Assembly: GCA_016342585.1 (NCBI GenBank) | Contig: JAEINK010000007.1 | Coordinates: 40,042-104,041, forward strand | Source: Spirochaetales bacterium | Lineage (GTDB): Bacteria; Spirochaetota; Spirochaetia; UBA9216 | Direction of reading: 5' to 3' | Length of the DNA: 64,000 nucleotides | Shown: in pieces, positions 37,729 to 47,441 of the stretch | Position numbering within the stretch: position 1 is the stretch's first letter | Layout of the letters: each line of letters starts with the position of its first letter | Notes under the pieces: model-generated | Database searches by the model: none | Seen by the model: only the letters and a program-made list of their open reading frames with translations | What the model was told of the DNA's origin: nothing | Position numbers and translations under genes: made by a program

Positions 37729-38649
37729 TTACAGGCTTTCAATGAACCCGATTATCTCCTTCTCATTTTTTATAATACCGGCTGCGGGGAGCCTTTTCAG
37801 AAGAAGCCTCCAGTTTTCATCGGCCTGAAAAATATCCTGGAGCAGGTATTTTACCTGATCAAACTTCCGGTCGTTCAGGAGGGAGACCGCTTTCCAGAAT
37901 TTCAACTCCAGGTTGTCCGGAAGAGTCTCTTCGGCGATTTTATACGCTTCCATGGCCCCGGCATAATCACCGTTCTCCACGGCCAGATCGCCCCTGTCCG
38001 CATGGGTGTAGGCTTTGTGCACCTTTATGAGCCTTGCGAGTTCTATCAGTGGTTCGGGACTATCTTCCACACGGAGATCCATAATCTCATTCTCTCTGAC
38101 ATTTCCTTTATCTTCCAGGGAGACAATTTTTATGGCAGCAGACTGCATTCCCCGAATGTCTCCCCCTTCATTTTCGGCAGCCTGGAGGGCTGTGAGCATC
38201 CGCTCTGCCAGTGGACCTTCCGCCCTTTCAAAGGCTGCCGCCATGGCCTCCCAGACCGTATTCTTTAACATCATGTTTGCCTGGCAGGAGGACTCTCTTC
38301 CTATGCGATGCCCGGCTTCTGCTATGGTGTTACAGCCGGTATGGGCGGCAATCCCTCCCCGGCAGTCCAGGACTGCCGCCTGACGCATTGATTCGCCGGG
38401 GTCCGCTTCTATCAGCCTTTCCAGGACCTTATGAGCATTCAGGCCCTCACTGAGAAGCCTTAACCCCTCAGGTCCATAATCCATGTTAACCATAGCCTGT
38501 GTGGCAACCACCCCCGTATCGGTCTTAGCCCGGATGACAGTACCCCCTACCGAGAAGTAGTGGGACTGAACGGCACCACCCATGACCCCTTCTTTTCTGT
38601 CGATAGCGATTATCGAATATGTATGGACAAGTTCCCTTCCTTTTTCCAT
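37729..38649 (-). CDS. DUF1028-family (Ntn-hydrolase fold) protein with a helical C-terminal extension
   Basis: HTYSIIAIDRKEGVMGGAVQSHYFSVGG is the characteristic DUF1028 N-terminus with a T/S nucleophile after processing. Confidence 0.7.
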   Translation of the reverse strand: MEKGRELVHTYSIIAIDRKEGVMGGAVQSHYFSVGGTVIRAKTDTGVVATQAMVNMDYGPEGLRLLSEGLNAHKVLERLIEADPGESMRQAAVLDCRGGIAAHTGCNTIAEAGHRIGRESSCQANMMLKNTVWEAMAAAFERAEGPLAERMLTALQAAENEGGDIRGMQSAAIKIVSLEDKGNVRENEIMDLRVEDSPEPLIELARLIKVHKAYTHADRGDLAVENGDYAGAMEAYKIAEETLPDNLELKFWKAVSLLNDRKFDQVKYLLQDIFQADENWRLLLKRLPAAGIIKNEKEIIGFIESL

Positions 38650-38759
38650 TTTTTCATTCTGTTCCCAAAGTGGTGTGCTGTCAATTTTTTTCTATCACTC
38701 TCCTCCTTTTGCCTGGATACCGGAGGATTTACTGGAGAGGCCACGTATAAACAAGAAGA

Positions 38760-38788
38760 TTGCAGATTGATAGTTTATATAGTATAGT
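38760..38788 (+). promoter_or_regulatory. Candidate sigma-70 promoter of the class-V aminotransferase-like gene
   Basis: TTGCAG, a 17-nt spacer, then TATAGT. The -10 element ends 24 nt upstream of the GTG start, with aggagg in between. Confidence 0.45.
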
Positions 38789-38812
38789 TTTTATATACAG
38801 GAGGCTTTTAGC

Positions 38813-40315
38813 GTGAGTCATGAAAACCATTTTTTAAAATTCAGGGAAAATATTATAGGAATAGATGCCAGGGTAAAAACACCCTATGGTGTAAAACCCC
38901 TCATCTATGCCGACTGGATTGCCTCCGGAAGGATGTATAAACCAATCGAGGAGAAACTCGTTAATGTGTTCGGCCCTGTCGTGGCCAATACCCACTCTGA
39001 ATCCTCCGAGACAGGGAAAATTATGACCAACTCCTATCATCTTTCACATAAGCTGATCAAAGAACACGTTCATGCCGGGCCTGAAGATGTGATCATCACC
39101 GCCGGTTTTGGAATGACCGCCGTTGTGAATAAACTTCAGAGGATGCTGGGGTTGAAGGTTTCGGTTAAGGAACAGAATCTGGACTTCTCCTGTGGAATAC
39201 CGGGAGACCGGATCGAGATTAAGGATGATGCCACCCGGCCGGTTGTCTTTGTGACACATTTGGAGCATCACTCAAACCACACTTCCTGGCTGGAAACCAT
39301 CGCCGATGTAATCGTTCTGGAACCCAATCCGGATATGACCGTAAACCCTGCCTCCCTGGCAGCCGCTCTGGAGGAGTATAAAAACCGGGAACTGAAAATC
39401 GGTGCCTTCTCGGCCTGTTCCAATGTTACCGGGATCTTTCCTCCTTTTCTGGATCTGGCAAGGCTTATGCATAAAAACGGCGGTTTTGCCTTTGTTGACT
39501 ATGCCGCCTCAGCCCCCTATGTGGATATCGATATGCATCCTGAGGGCGATCCCTGCGGATACCTGGATGGCATCTTCTTTTCACCCCATAAATTTTTAGG
39601 TGGACCGGGAAGCTCGGGGGTTCTAATCTTCAATCAGGAACTTTACCGGAATTCGGTTCCCGATCATCCCGGTGGTGGCACTGTGACCTGGACCAACCGC
39701 TGGGGTAACCGGTCCTATATTACCGATATCGAGGCGAGGGAGGATGGCGGGACCCCGGGCTTCCTCCAGTCCTTTAGAACAGCCCTTTCAATCAATCTGA
39801 AAAACCAGATGGGAACCGCTAATATGGCTGCGAGGGAGGAGGAGCTTCTGGTAAAGGCTATGGCTGGAATCCGGGCTATCCCCGGTGTTCATATCCTGGC
39901 TGATAATCAGGAATCAAGGATTGGCGTGATTTCTTTCTATAACCTGGAGATTCATCATAATCTTTTTGTTCGGCTTTTAAATGATCATTTTGGAATACAG
40001 GTAAGAGGCGGATGTTCCTGTGCGGGAACATACGGCCATTACCTTCTTCAAGTGAGCCAGGAGCAGTCACAGGAGATTACAGAGATGATAGACCATGGCG
40101 ATCTTAGTCTGAAACCGGGCTGGGTACGGCTTTCTCTCCATCCAACCATGACTGATGCCGAGCTGGATTATATCCTGAATGGTATCGAATCCGTTGCATC
40201 ATACCACAAGAAATGGATTGAGGATTATAACTATGATTGTCACTCCAATGAGTTTTTCCATAAGACCTATCCGGCCATGAAGGAAGATGATTTCAGGAGC
40301 TGGTTTGAAGTTTAG
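38813..40315 (+). CDS. Class V aminotransferase-fold PLP enzyme (cysteine desulfurase/lyase-like), 500 aa
   Basis: THLEHHSN, DYAASAPY and FSPHKFLGGPGSSGVL (PLP lysine motif). GTG start 8 nt after aggagg. Confidence 0.7.
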   Translation: MSHENHFLKFRENIIGIDARVKTPYGVKPLIYADWIASGRMYKPIEEKLVNVFGPVVANTHSESSETGKIMTNSYHLSHKLIKEHVHAGPEDVIITAGFGMTAVVNKLQRMLGLKVSVKEQNLDFSCGIPGDRIEIKDDATRPVVFVTHLEHHSNHTSWLETIADVIVLEPNPDMTVNPASLAAALEEYKNRELKIGAFSACSNVTGIFPPFLDLARLMHKNGGFAFVDYAASAPYVDIDMHPEGDPCGYLDGIFFSPHKFLGGPGSSGVLIFNQELYRNSVPDHPGGGTVTWTNRWGNRSYITDIEAREDGGTPGFLQSFRTALSINLKNQMGTANMAAREEELLVKAMAGIRAIPGVHILADNQESRIGVISFYNLEIHHNLFVRLLNDHFGIQVRGGCSCAGTYGHYLLQVSQEQSQEITEMIDHGDLSLKPGWVRLSLHPTMTDAELDYILNGIESVASYHKKWIEDYNYDCHSNEFFHKTYPAMKEDDFRSWFEV

Positions 40316-40419
40316 GTCGCCTTTGGGATCATACCGGGCTTGATCCCGGGCTTTGATATAATATTTTGGGCTTTAAGCCGGGCATTATATACCGGGGATC
40401 TGTCCAGGGCGGGTGTATT

Positions 40420-41556
40420 ATGAAAAATGATTCGGTTGAGATTGTGAAAGTAACAACAAAGCAGGAGCTTAAGGCTTTTATCAACCTCCCCCGGAAGATC
40501 TATCAGAATATCCCCTGCTGGATCCCCCCTCTCTGGAAGGATGAACGGCGAGCCTATAAAAGGGAAAATAATCCCATCCTTGCCAACTCCGATTTTGCCC
40601 TTTTTATTGGTCTGAAAGCAGGCGTTGTTTCAGGGCGGCTTATCGCCTATGTTGATCATGAATTTAACAATTATTATAGAGAGAGGGTTGGATTTTTTGG
40701 GGCGTATGAATCTATAGATGACCCGGGACTCTCGGATGCCCTTTTTGCCGGGGCGGAAGAGTATTTATCCGAGCTGGGGATGGCGCGAATCCGCGGGCCG
40801 ATCAATCCTGTAGCAGAGCATTGGGGATTTCTATATGAAGGGTTTTCCTCCCCGCCGATTTTCCTATCACCTTACAACCCCTCCTATTATATCTCCGCCA
40901 CGGAAAGGGCCGGTTTTCATAAGGTTAAGGATCTCTTTGCATATGAGGCGGATATGGCAAAGGGGTATACCGTACCGGAGCGATTTATCCGGTTTTATGA
41001 TAGATTTCCCCGGCGAAAACCGGGGTATTCAGTTCGTAAATTCAGTTTGAAACACCTGAACCGGGATGCAGAGATTATCTGGCAGCTGACCAATGAATCC
41101 CTGAAAGATAACTGGGGATATGTGCCGGTGGATCGGGATGTGATGGAAGATATGATTGGCCGGCTGAAGCCTATCCTTGATCCGGATGCCATCTGGTTTG
41201 TGGAGCATGGAGGAAGGGCTGTGGCCTACTGCCTGGGCTTCCCGGATCTGAACAGAATCATTGGCAGGGTCAAGGGTCGGCTTTTTCCTTTTGGGTATCT
41301 TCGGATCCTTTCCGGTATGAAAAAAATCCGTCACTATCGCCTCTTCGGTTTGGCCGTACACCCCGACTACCACGGTATGGGGCTGGATGTTCTTCTTTAC
41401 GTTAAGCTTCAGGAGGCCCTTAAGGATAAGGGGGTCTGTATGGAGGCAAATTATATTCTGGAAGATAATCTGAATATTAAGAATGCACTGTTAAAACTTG
41501 GTATGGAAAAGAAGAGGACCTACAGGGTTTATGAAAAGGAGCTTGAACAGGTGTAA
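40420..41556 (+). CDS. Large GNAT-like acetyltransferase-fold protein
   Basis: The C-terminal RLFGLAVHPDYHGMGLDVLLY resembles the GNAT acetyl-CoA motif. I prefer the ATG at 40420 (MKNDSVEIVKV) over the tracked upstream start. Confidence 0.55.
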   Translation: MKNDSVEIVKVTTKQELKAFINLPRKIYQNIPCWIPPLWKDERRAYKRENNPILANSDFALFIGLKAGVVSGRLIAYVDHEFNNYYRERVGFFGAYESIDDPGLSDALFAGAEEYLSELGMARIRGPINPVAEHWGFLYEGFSSPPIFLSPYNPSYYISATERAGFHKVKDLFAYEADMAKGYTVPERFIRFYDRFPRRKPGYSVRKFSLKHLNRDAEIIWQLTNESLKDNWGYVPVDRDVMEDMIGRLKPILDPDAIWFVEHGGRAVAYCLGFPDLNRIIGRVKGRLFPFGYLRILSGMKKIRHYRLFGLAVHPDYHGMGLDVLLYVKLQEALKDKGVCMEANYILEDNLNIKNALLKLGMEKKRTYRVYEKELEQV

Positions 41557-41589
41557 TCCTGAAGAAGGGATCATTTAACCCTCTGTTGA

Positions 41590-42492
41590 TCAGTTTACGG
41601 TCATCCTGTTTTTTCCGGACTCTTTGCTCTTGTACATTAAATCGTCGGCACGTTTTACAAGGGATTTAATCGAGTCCTTTGTGGTAGCGATCGTACCGCC
41701 CATGGATATTGTAACAGATAATTTTTCATCTTCCTTCAGAATGAACGAGTTTTCTACAAGCACCCTGAGCCTGTCACCCAGATAATTCAGATCCTCTTTG
41801 TTTATATTGGGGATAACTCCCAAAAACTCCTCTCCGCCCCAACGTCCAAAGACATCGAATGGTCTGGCTGCCATGGAGAGGGTTTGAGCTACAAATTTCA
41901 GGATATCGTCTCCCACTTCATGTCCATATGTGTCGTTGAAATTTTTAAAGTTATCGATATCTATGAAAATAACACCGAAAGGGATCTTGATCCTCTGAAA
42001 CTCTTTCATCCTTTTTTCAATTTCGTTTTCAATGTATTTTCTATTCGGAACATTGGTTAAAGGATCAATCAGAGCCAGTTTTTCCAGTTCTTTGATCCTA
42101 TGCATTGTGGCTTCCTGCTGGCTGATATCAGTAAAGATTTCAGAACCGCCTATAATTATTCCATCATCATCCTTGATCGTGCTTGTTCTGACGGAAATAT
42201 GAACTCGATGGCCATCCCGATGATGGAGGTATACATCGGCTTCCCTTGGTTTTTCGTCACACAGGCTGGCGGCCAGCGGGCAGAGTCCGAGACAGAGCTG
42301 ATTCCCCTCTTTATCTACATGGTTGAGAATATTATCCGAACAGGCTCTACCTATGACCTCTGACGCCTTAAAACCGGTAATTTTTTCGGCAGCTTTGTTC
42401 CAGTATGTGATTGTTCTGTTTGTATCGGTAAAATAGATCCCGTCATTCAGGTTCTGGATGATGTCCTGGTAAGAATTTTCCTGTATCTTCAT
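41590..42492 (-). CDS. PAS-GGDEF diguanylate cyclase
   Basis: PAS segment (DGIYFTDTNRTITYWNKAAEKITG) and GGDEF domain with RWGGEEFLGV and an upstream I-site-like RLRV. Confidence 0.88.
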   Translation of the reverse strand: MKIQENSYQDIIQNLNDGIYFTDTNRTITYWNKAAEKITGFKASEVIGRACSDNILNHVDKEGNQLCLGLCPLAASLCDEKPREADVYLHHRDGHRVHISVRTSTIKDDDGIIIGGSEIFTDISQQEATMHRIKELEKLALIDPLTNVPNRKYIENEIEKRMKEFQRIKIPFGVIFIDIDNFKNFNDTYGHEVGDDILKFVAQTLSMAARPFDVFGRWGGEEFLGVIPNINKEDLNYLGDRLRVLVENSFILKEDEKLSVTISMGGTIATTKDSIKSLVKRADDLMYKSKESGKNRMTVN

Positions 42493-42605
42493 ATTGATCT
42501 AATAATACGTAACTCCCTGGTTGAAATCAATAGATTCAATGTAAGGATGATAAAATACTTGCTTGTATATAGTAAATGTGATATATTGTGATTTCAGGAG
42601 GATAT

Positions 42606-42896
42606 ATGTTTACAATAAATTCTGAAGCACTGGAGATCCTGGCCGAGATGCAGAAGGATCGTACACGGGATACAGATTTTCTAACGATATGTTCTTCCGG
42701 GACAGGATGTGGTGGCCCTCTGCTTAAAATAGAGCTTAGAACGCCCCTCGATGATGATATTCTTCAGGAGGTCGCCGGCTTTTCCTTTCATATTCGAAGA
42801 GATATTCATGACCGACTTGACGGGGCTGTCATAAAGGGTACTGAAACTTTTTGGGGTAAAAAGCTGAAAATAGATAATGGAACACCATGTTTGTAG
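42606..42896 (+). CDS. Small HesB/IscA-fold protein (Cys form of the HesB-like G-[C/U]-GG-P family)
   Basis: 96 aa. FTINSEALEILAEM...ICSSGTGCGGPLLKIEL parallels the Fe-S_biosyn fold, but the C-terminal CxC is replaced by a single Cys (GTPCL). ATG follows aggagga. Confidence 0.45.
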   Translation: MFTINSEALEILAEMQKDRTRDTDFLTICSSGTGCGGPLLKIELRTPLDDDILQEVAGFSFHIRRDIHDRLDGAVIKGTETFWGKKLKIDNGTPCL

Positions 42897-42959
42897 TTTA
42901 TTAGAGAGGCTTTGGGTAAATCATTTGATCTAAAGTATGGCATCCTTTATCATGTATTT

Positions 42960-44093
42960 ATGAAATGCTATGTTTCACAAAATCTTATACGATTTTTAAT
43001 CCTTATTCTACTGATTTTTAATTCCTGTACAGATTCAACACCTGTCAGGATTGGATTTATATCAGATTTATCAAGCCGAAATTCGCAATTGGGTATAGAC
43101 GGCAGGAACGGGGTTTCGCTTGCCCTTGCAAAAATCGGTGAGGAAAGTGGAATACAGGGGCGTGATTTTGAACTTCTTATCCGGGATCATCAGGGCGACC
43201 GGACCCTGTGTGAGCGTAGGACCCGTGAGCTGATCGATGAGGGTGTTGATGTAATTATAGGGCCCATGGCAAGTGGCATGGCTGCTTCCGTAATTAATGC
43301 TACAAAAGATTCAGGGACCTTGATTATTGCTCCAACCGTTAGCACCGATGAACTGATTGGGTTAGATGACAATTTTTTAAGGGTCGAAGCGCCATCTTTG
43401 CATCAGGGTGAATATTTAGCGGAAGCGGTACTGTTTTCTGGAAATAAACGGATCTGTCTTATCTATGATGAAAAAAACAGCTCCTACGTGGAGGGTGTTA
43501 TTTCCGGTTTTAAATCCAGAATCGTTTCCAGTGATGTAGATATACTGGAGATCCTTCCATTCGGGGATAAGGCGGAGTTTCCGGATCTTGTTGAGACCAT
43601 CGGGAGGAGTAAGCCTGACAGCCTTTTGTTTATGGCCAGCGGAATAGATACGGCAGGAATTATTCAACAGTACGCCAAATCTCATCCACTCCCCTCTTTA
43701 TACGGCTCTTCCTGGGTAAAGGCCACTGGTGTGCTGGAATATGGAGGTAAGGCTTTGGAGGGAATGATGCTGGTTGATTCTTATATGAATAAAATCCCAT
43801 TGATAGCAGAAGTCGAATTTGTAGAACATTTTTCGGCTAAGTATGGTGTTGAACCCACCCATCCTTCCATCCACGCCTATGAGGCTATGTTACTTTATGC
43901 TGAAGCCCTTGAGATCAGTGATTCCACCAACCCCCTCAAAATAAAAGAGGCGATAATCAGAATGGATGAGATCCAGGGGATCAAGGGTGTTTATAGAATC
44001 GATGAGTTCGGGGATGCCTTACGACCCTTAAGTTATTATCTTATAGAGGATGGTGAGATAAAACTAATTGAATTATCTGGTGTGGTGAGATGA
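42960..44093 (+). CDS. LivK-type (type 1 periplasmic binding fold) lipoprotein, orphan
   Basis: Lipobox IFNSC. VRIGFISDLSSRNSQLGIDGRNGVSLAL...IIGPMASGMA is typical of branched-chain-amino-acid-type binding proteins. I prefer the ATG at 42960 over the tracked TTG at 42912. Confidence 0.75.
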   Translation: MKCYVSQNLIRFLILILLIFNSCTDSTPVRIGFISDLSSRNSQLGIDGRNGVSLALAKIGEESGIQGRDFELLIRDHQGDRTLCERRTRELIDEGVDVIIGPMASGMAASVINATKDSGTLIIAPTVSTDELIGLDDNFLRVEAPSLHQGEYLAEAVLFSGNKRICLIYDEKNSSYVEGVISGFKSRIVSSDVDILEILPFGDKAEFPDLVETIGRSKPDSLLFMASGIDTAGIIQQYAKSHPLPSLYGSSWVKATGVLEYGGKALEGMMLVDSYMNKIPLIAEVEFVEHFSAKYGVEPTHPSIHAYEAMLLYAEALEISDSTNPLKIKEAIIRMDEIQGIKGVYRIDEFGDALRPLSYYLIEDGEIKLIELSGVVR

Positions 44094-45211
44094 GAAAAAA
44101 AACAGGTATAATCATTATTATATTGGCAGGACTCTGTGTAACCGGGGCTTCCTTCTTCCTGCTATTACAAAAGCCTCCTATAAAACTTGGGTTTCTCTCC
44201 GATTTTTCACCTAAAAGTGCAGTTTACAGTGTGAATGGACGAAATGGAGTCCTGATGGCTGTTGATGAAATCAATGCATCGGGTGGTGTCCATGGAAGGC
44301 TTCTGGAGCTTGTTTCTGAAAATAATGGTTTGGAGCCTGAAATCTGCAGGGATGCCCTGAGAAAGCTTCTTTTACAGGGTGTTCAGGGGATAATCGGTCC
44401 GTTTCATTCAAGCATGGCACGGGTTGTTATGGATGAGGCAAAAAATGAGGATATACTCATTGTCTGTCCTACTGTTTCCGGCCGTATCCTGCGGGAACAG
44501 GATGATAATATGATTTGTATCAACTCCTCCGCTGATAAGGATGGTTTTCTCCTTGCCCGGGCCTTAGTTGAGCGCGGTGATGAAAATGTGGCCATTGTGT
44601 ATTCTGGTGATAATGTCGAATACTCCGGGACTGTTATCAGTGGATTTAAAGAGGGTCTTGCCGGATCTTCTGTTGAAGTTATTTATGAAGAGATCTTTTA
44701 CGATACAAGTGAGCTTCATGAAATTGTAAACACCCTTATAGAGATTGAACCTGATGGTATCTTGTTATCCAGTAACGGCAGGGATGGGGCTGAAATTATG
44801 CAGCAATATACCCGTATTAAGGACCTGCCTCACCTTTATTCCGATCAGTGGATGCTGCTTACGGATGTTCTTTCCTTTGCCGGGCATACCGCTGAAGGAT
44901 TAATTCTCGTGGATAACTTTTCTCATGATCAGAACGAAAGGGATAATGATTTTAAAAGTAGATATTTCGAGAAATACTCCATCTATCCGAACTATGCGGC
45001 TGTTCTTGCTTATGAAGCAGTGATGGTCTTTTACTATGGTGTGGAAAGAGCCGGGCCAGATGTAAACGTGGAGAAAATAAAAAATGAAATTATTAATAAA
45101 AGACATTTCCAGGGTGTGTACCAGGATTTTCATATAGATTCCTTCGGGGATGGCTTTCGGAATGAGAGTCTGGTAATTATTAAAAATGGTGAATATTCTC
45201 TCTATGAATAG
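44090..45211 (+). CDS. Second LivK-type binding protein, membrane-anchored, orphan
   Basis: N-terminal TM anchor. IKLGFLSDFSPKSAVYSVNGRNGVLMAVDEINASGGV...IIGPFHSSMA. Its ATG overlaps the previous stop (ATGA). Confidence 0.75.
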   Translation: MRKKTGIIIIILAGLCVTGASFFLLLQKPPIKLGFLSDFSPKSAVYSVNGRNGVLMAVDEINASGGVHGRLLELVSENNGLEPEICRDALRKLLLQGVQGIIGPFHSSMARVVMDEAKNEDILIVCPTVSGRILREQDDNMICINSSADKDGFLLARALVERGDENVAIVYSGDNVEYSGTVISGFKEGLAGSSVEVIYEEIFYDTSELHEIVNTLIEIEPDGILLSSNGRDGAEIMQQYTRIKDLPHLYSDQWMLLTDVLSFAGHTAEGLILVDNFSHDQNERDNDFKSRYFEKYSIYPNYAAVLAYEAVMVFYYGVERAGPDVNVEKIKNEIINKRHFQGVYQDFHIDSFGDGFRNESLVIIKNGEYSLYE

Positions 45212-47441
45212 GATAAGCATACGTAGATTTTTATTCAGGAATCTGATTTATACAATTTTTATTCCTATTCTTATTCTCGGGGTTGCGGGTATTTTTATTC
45301 CTTCGAGGATTTTAAGCAAAGAGATTTCTGCGGCAGATAAAAATCAGGCAATACTCATCGAGACTCTTGTTGAATACTACCTTGATGCTCCCCTGCAAGG
45401 GCTGATGTCTGTGGTGTCCATATATGAAAGCGGCCTGATAAAAGATACGGATGAAATGACAAAAGCCCTCAGGTTGATTTCTGCGGCGAACGATGATGTT
45501 TTAAATTTACAGTATGCCGATGCGCGAGGTCATGTCATCGCCGTATACCCAAGAGAAAATCATCTAATTGGTACAGATGTATCGGGGCATGATTATTTTC
45601 ATGAAACAATGAAAGGTGATAAAATTTTCTGGTCACCCTCTTTTATTTCTGAATATGCGGATTACCCCATGTCTACAGTCAGCATTCCTTTTGAAAATGG
45701 GGTGCTCACCGCTTTTTTCTCACTCACCAATAACGGGAAGATCAGGAATGCTGTTAATTTATTAGGGTCAGGCCAGCTAATCACTGTTACCGATCAGAAT
45801 GGGGTTTATATTGTGAGCCCGGACAATCGTAAAGTCCTTTTACGGGAATACAGCCCAATTTTTTATGAAGCAAAAAAACACTGGGAAGGTGAGCGGTTGA
45901 TTTGGCGAAGTGAATATGAAGGGAAATCCTACATTACCAATATAAATTTCCTGGAAGATACGGGGTGGATGATTGTTCTCTATCGTTCGGTTAAAGAGTT
46001 TGAAACCCCGATTAAAACTCTCTATCTCTGGTTCATTTCTCTCCTGATTTTTGTGGTTTTAATATCGGTTTTCATCGGTGGTAAACTGAGTAACCGCCTC
46101 AGTATCCCTCTTGAGATCCTTGTCTCCTCGGTTAAGACAATCGCCGGCGGAGATTATAATATTAAACTTCCCGAAATACAGTTTACCGAACTGGATCTTC
46201 TATCCGAGGCTTTTCAGAAGATGAGTGTGGAGATCAGGCTGAGAGAAAATGAGCTGCGATATACGGGGCGTCACATATCCAATATCATAGATTCCATGCA
46301 GTCGATACTGGTTGGGGTTAATGAGGATTTGATCATTACCCTCTGGAATCGGCAGGCTGTGGAAAAAACAGGACTAACAGCGGAGATGGCGCTGGGTCAG
46401 AGTATAGAACATGCCATACCCAGGTTGTCGGTTGAGATGGATCGGATCAGAGAAGCCGTTACTCATGGTGTAGAAAAATCGGATTTAAAGCATCCTTCTG
46501 TCGTCAACGGGAATACGCTCTATGAGGATATCATGATCTATCCGTTATCAGGAGAAAAGAAGAGGGGCGCTGTGATCAGGATTTCCGATGTTACCGGTCA
46601 GGTGAAAATGCAGGAGATGTTGATCCAGAACGAAAAGATGCTCTCTGTCGGCGGTCTTGCTGCGGGTATGGCCCATGAGATAAATAACCCCCTGGCTGGT
46701 TTACTTCAAACCCTGAGTGTCATGGGCGGGCGGCTTGGAAATGAGACTGGTTTGAAACAGAATTTAATTGCGGCTGAAGAGGTCGGGATTTCCCTTGATG
46801 ATATGAAACGGTATATGGAGATTCGGGAGCTTCCAAGGATGATGGAATCCATATCTGAATCGGGGAAAAGGATCGCCGCTATCGTAGAGAATATGCTTAC
46901 CTTTGCCAGAAAAGATGAGAGTAAAGTAACTTTCTGCAATATCCCGGAACTTCTTGATTCCACCCTGGAACTTGCCTCAACCGATTTTAATCTGAAGAAG
47001 AAATTTGATTTTAAAAAGATTTCAATCCTGCGTGAATATGAAGAGTTTCTACCCGAGATACCCTGCGAAAGGGGGAAGATACAACAGGTAATATTAAATA
47101 TACTTCAAAACGGTGCCCAGGCCCTGGCTGGTGAGAATATTCCCGATCCAGAGTTCCGGCTTAAAGCCTCCTGTTCCAAAGCCACGGATAGCCTTGTTTT
47201 TGAAATCGGGAACAATGGTCCCCCCATAAGTGATGATTTGATAAAACATATTTTTGAACCCTTCTTTACGACTAAGCCGGTTGGTGAAGGTACCGGACTC
47301 GGCCTTTCTGTCTCCTACTTTATTGTTACCGAGAATCATAAGGGGACAATGCGGGTTGAATCCAATGATGAGTTAGGAGTAAATTTTGTGATCTCTTTAC
47401 CCCTTACTGTAAGTTCAGAAAACCAGGATCTACCTTTGTAG
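45186..47441 (+). CDS. Sensor histidine kinase (Cache-like periplasmic domain, HAMP, PAS, HisKA, HATPase)
   Basis: Two TM helices flank a sensor of about 250 aa. HAMP and PAS segments follow. H-box AGMAHEINNPL and G-box GEGTGLGLSVSY. The start is either ATG 45186 or ATG 45204, and both overlap the end of the upstream gene. Confidence 0.88.
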   Translation: MVNILSMNRISIRRFLFRNLIYTIFIPILILGVAGIFIPSRILSKEISAADKNQAILIETLVEYYLDAPLQGLMSVVSIYESGLIKDTDEMTKALRLISAANDDVLNLQYADARGHVIAVYPRENHLIGTDVSGHDYFHETMKGDKIFWSPSFISEYADYPMSTVSIPFENGVLTAFFSLTNNGKIRNAVNLLGSGQLITVTDQNGVYIVSPDNRKVLLREYSPIFYEAKKHWEGERLIWRSEYEGKSYITNINFLEDTGWMIVLYRSVKEFETPIKTLYLWFISLLIFVVLISVFIGGKLSNRLSIPLEILVSSVKTIAGGDYNIKLPEIQFTELDLLSEAFQKMSVEIRLRENELRYTGRHISNIIDSMQSILVGVNEDLIITLWNRQAVEKTGLTAEMALGQSIEHAIPRLSVEMDRIREAVTHGVEKSDLKHPSVVNGNTLYEDIMIYPLSGEKKRGAVIRISDVTGQVKMQEMLIQNEKMLSVGGLAAGMAHEINNPLAGLLQTLSVMGGRLGNETGLKQNLIAAEEVGISLDDMKRYMEIRELPRMMESISESGKRIAAIVENMLTFARKDESKVTFCNIPELLDSTLELASTDFNLKKKFDFKKISILREYEEFLPEIPCERGKIQQVILNILQNGAQALAGENIPDPEFRLKASCSKATDSLVFEIGNNGPPISDDLIKHIFEPFFTTKPVGEGTGLGLSVSYFIVTENHKGTMRVESNDELGVNFVISLPLTVSSENQDLPL

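Noticed and set aside
37654-38268. 204-aa plus-strand ORF, and the 38015..38453 ORFs.
   Set aside because: They are antisense to the DUF1028 and GNAT genes, which have clear family signatures. Their translations are P/R/S-rich low-complexity sequence.
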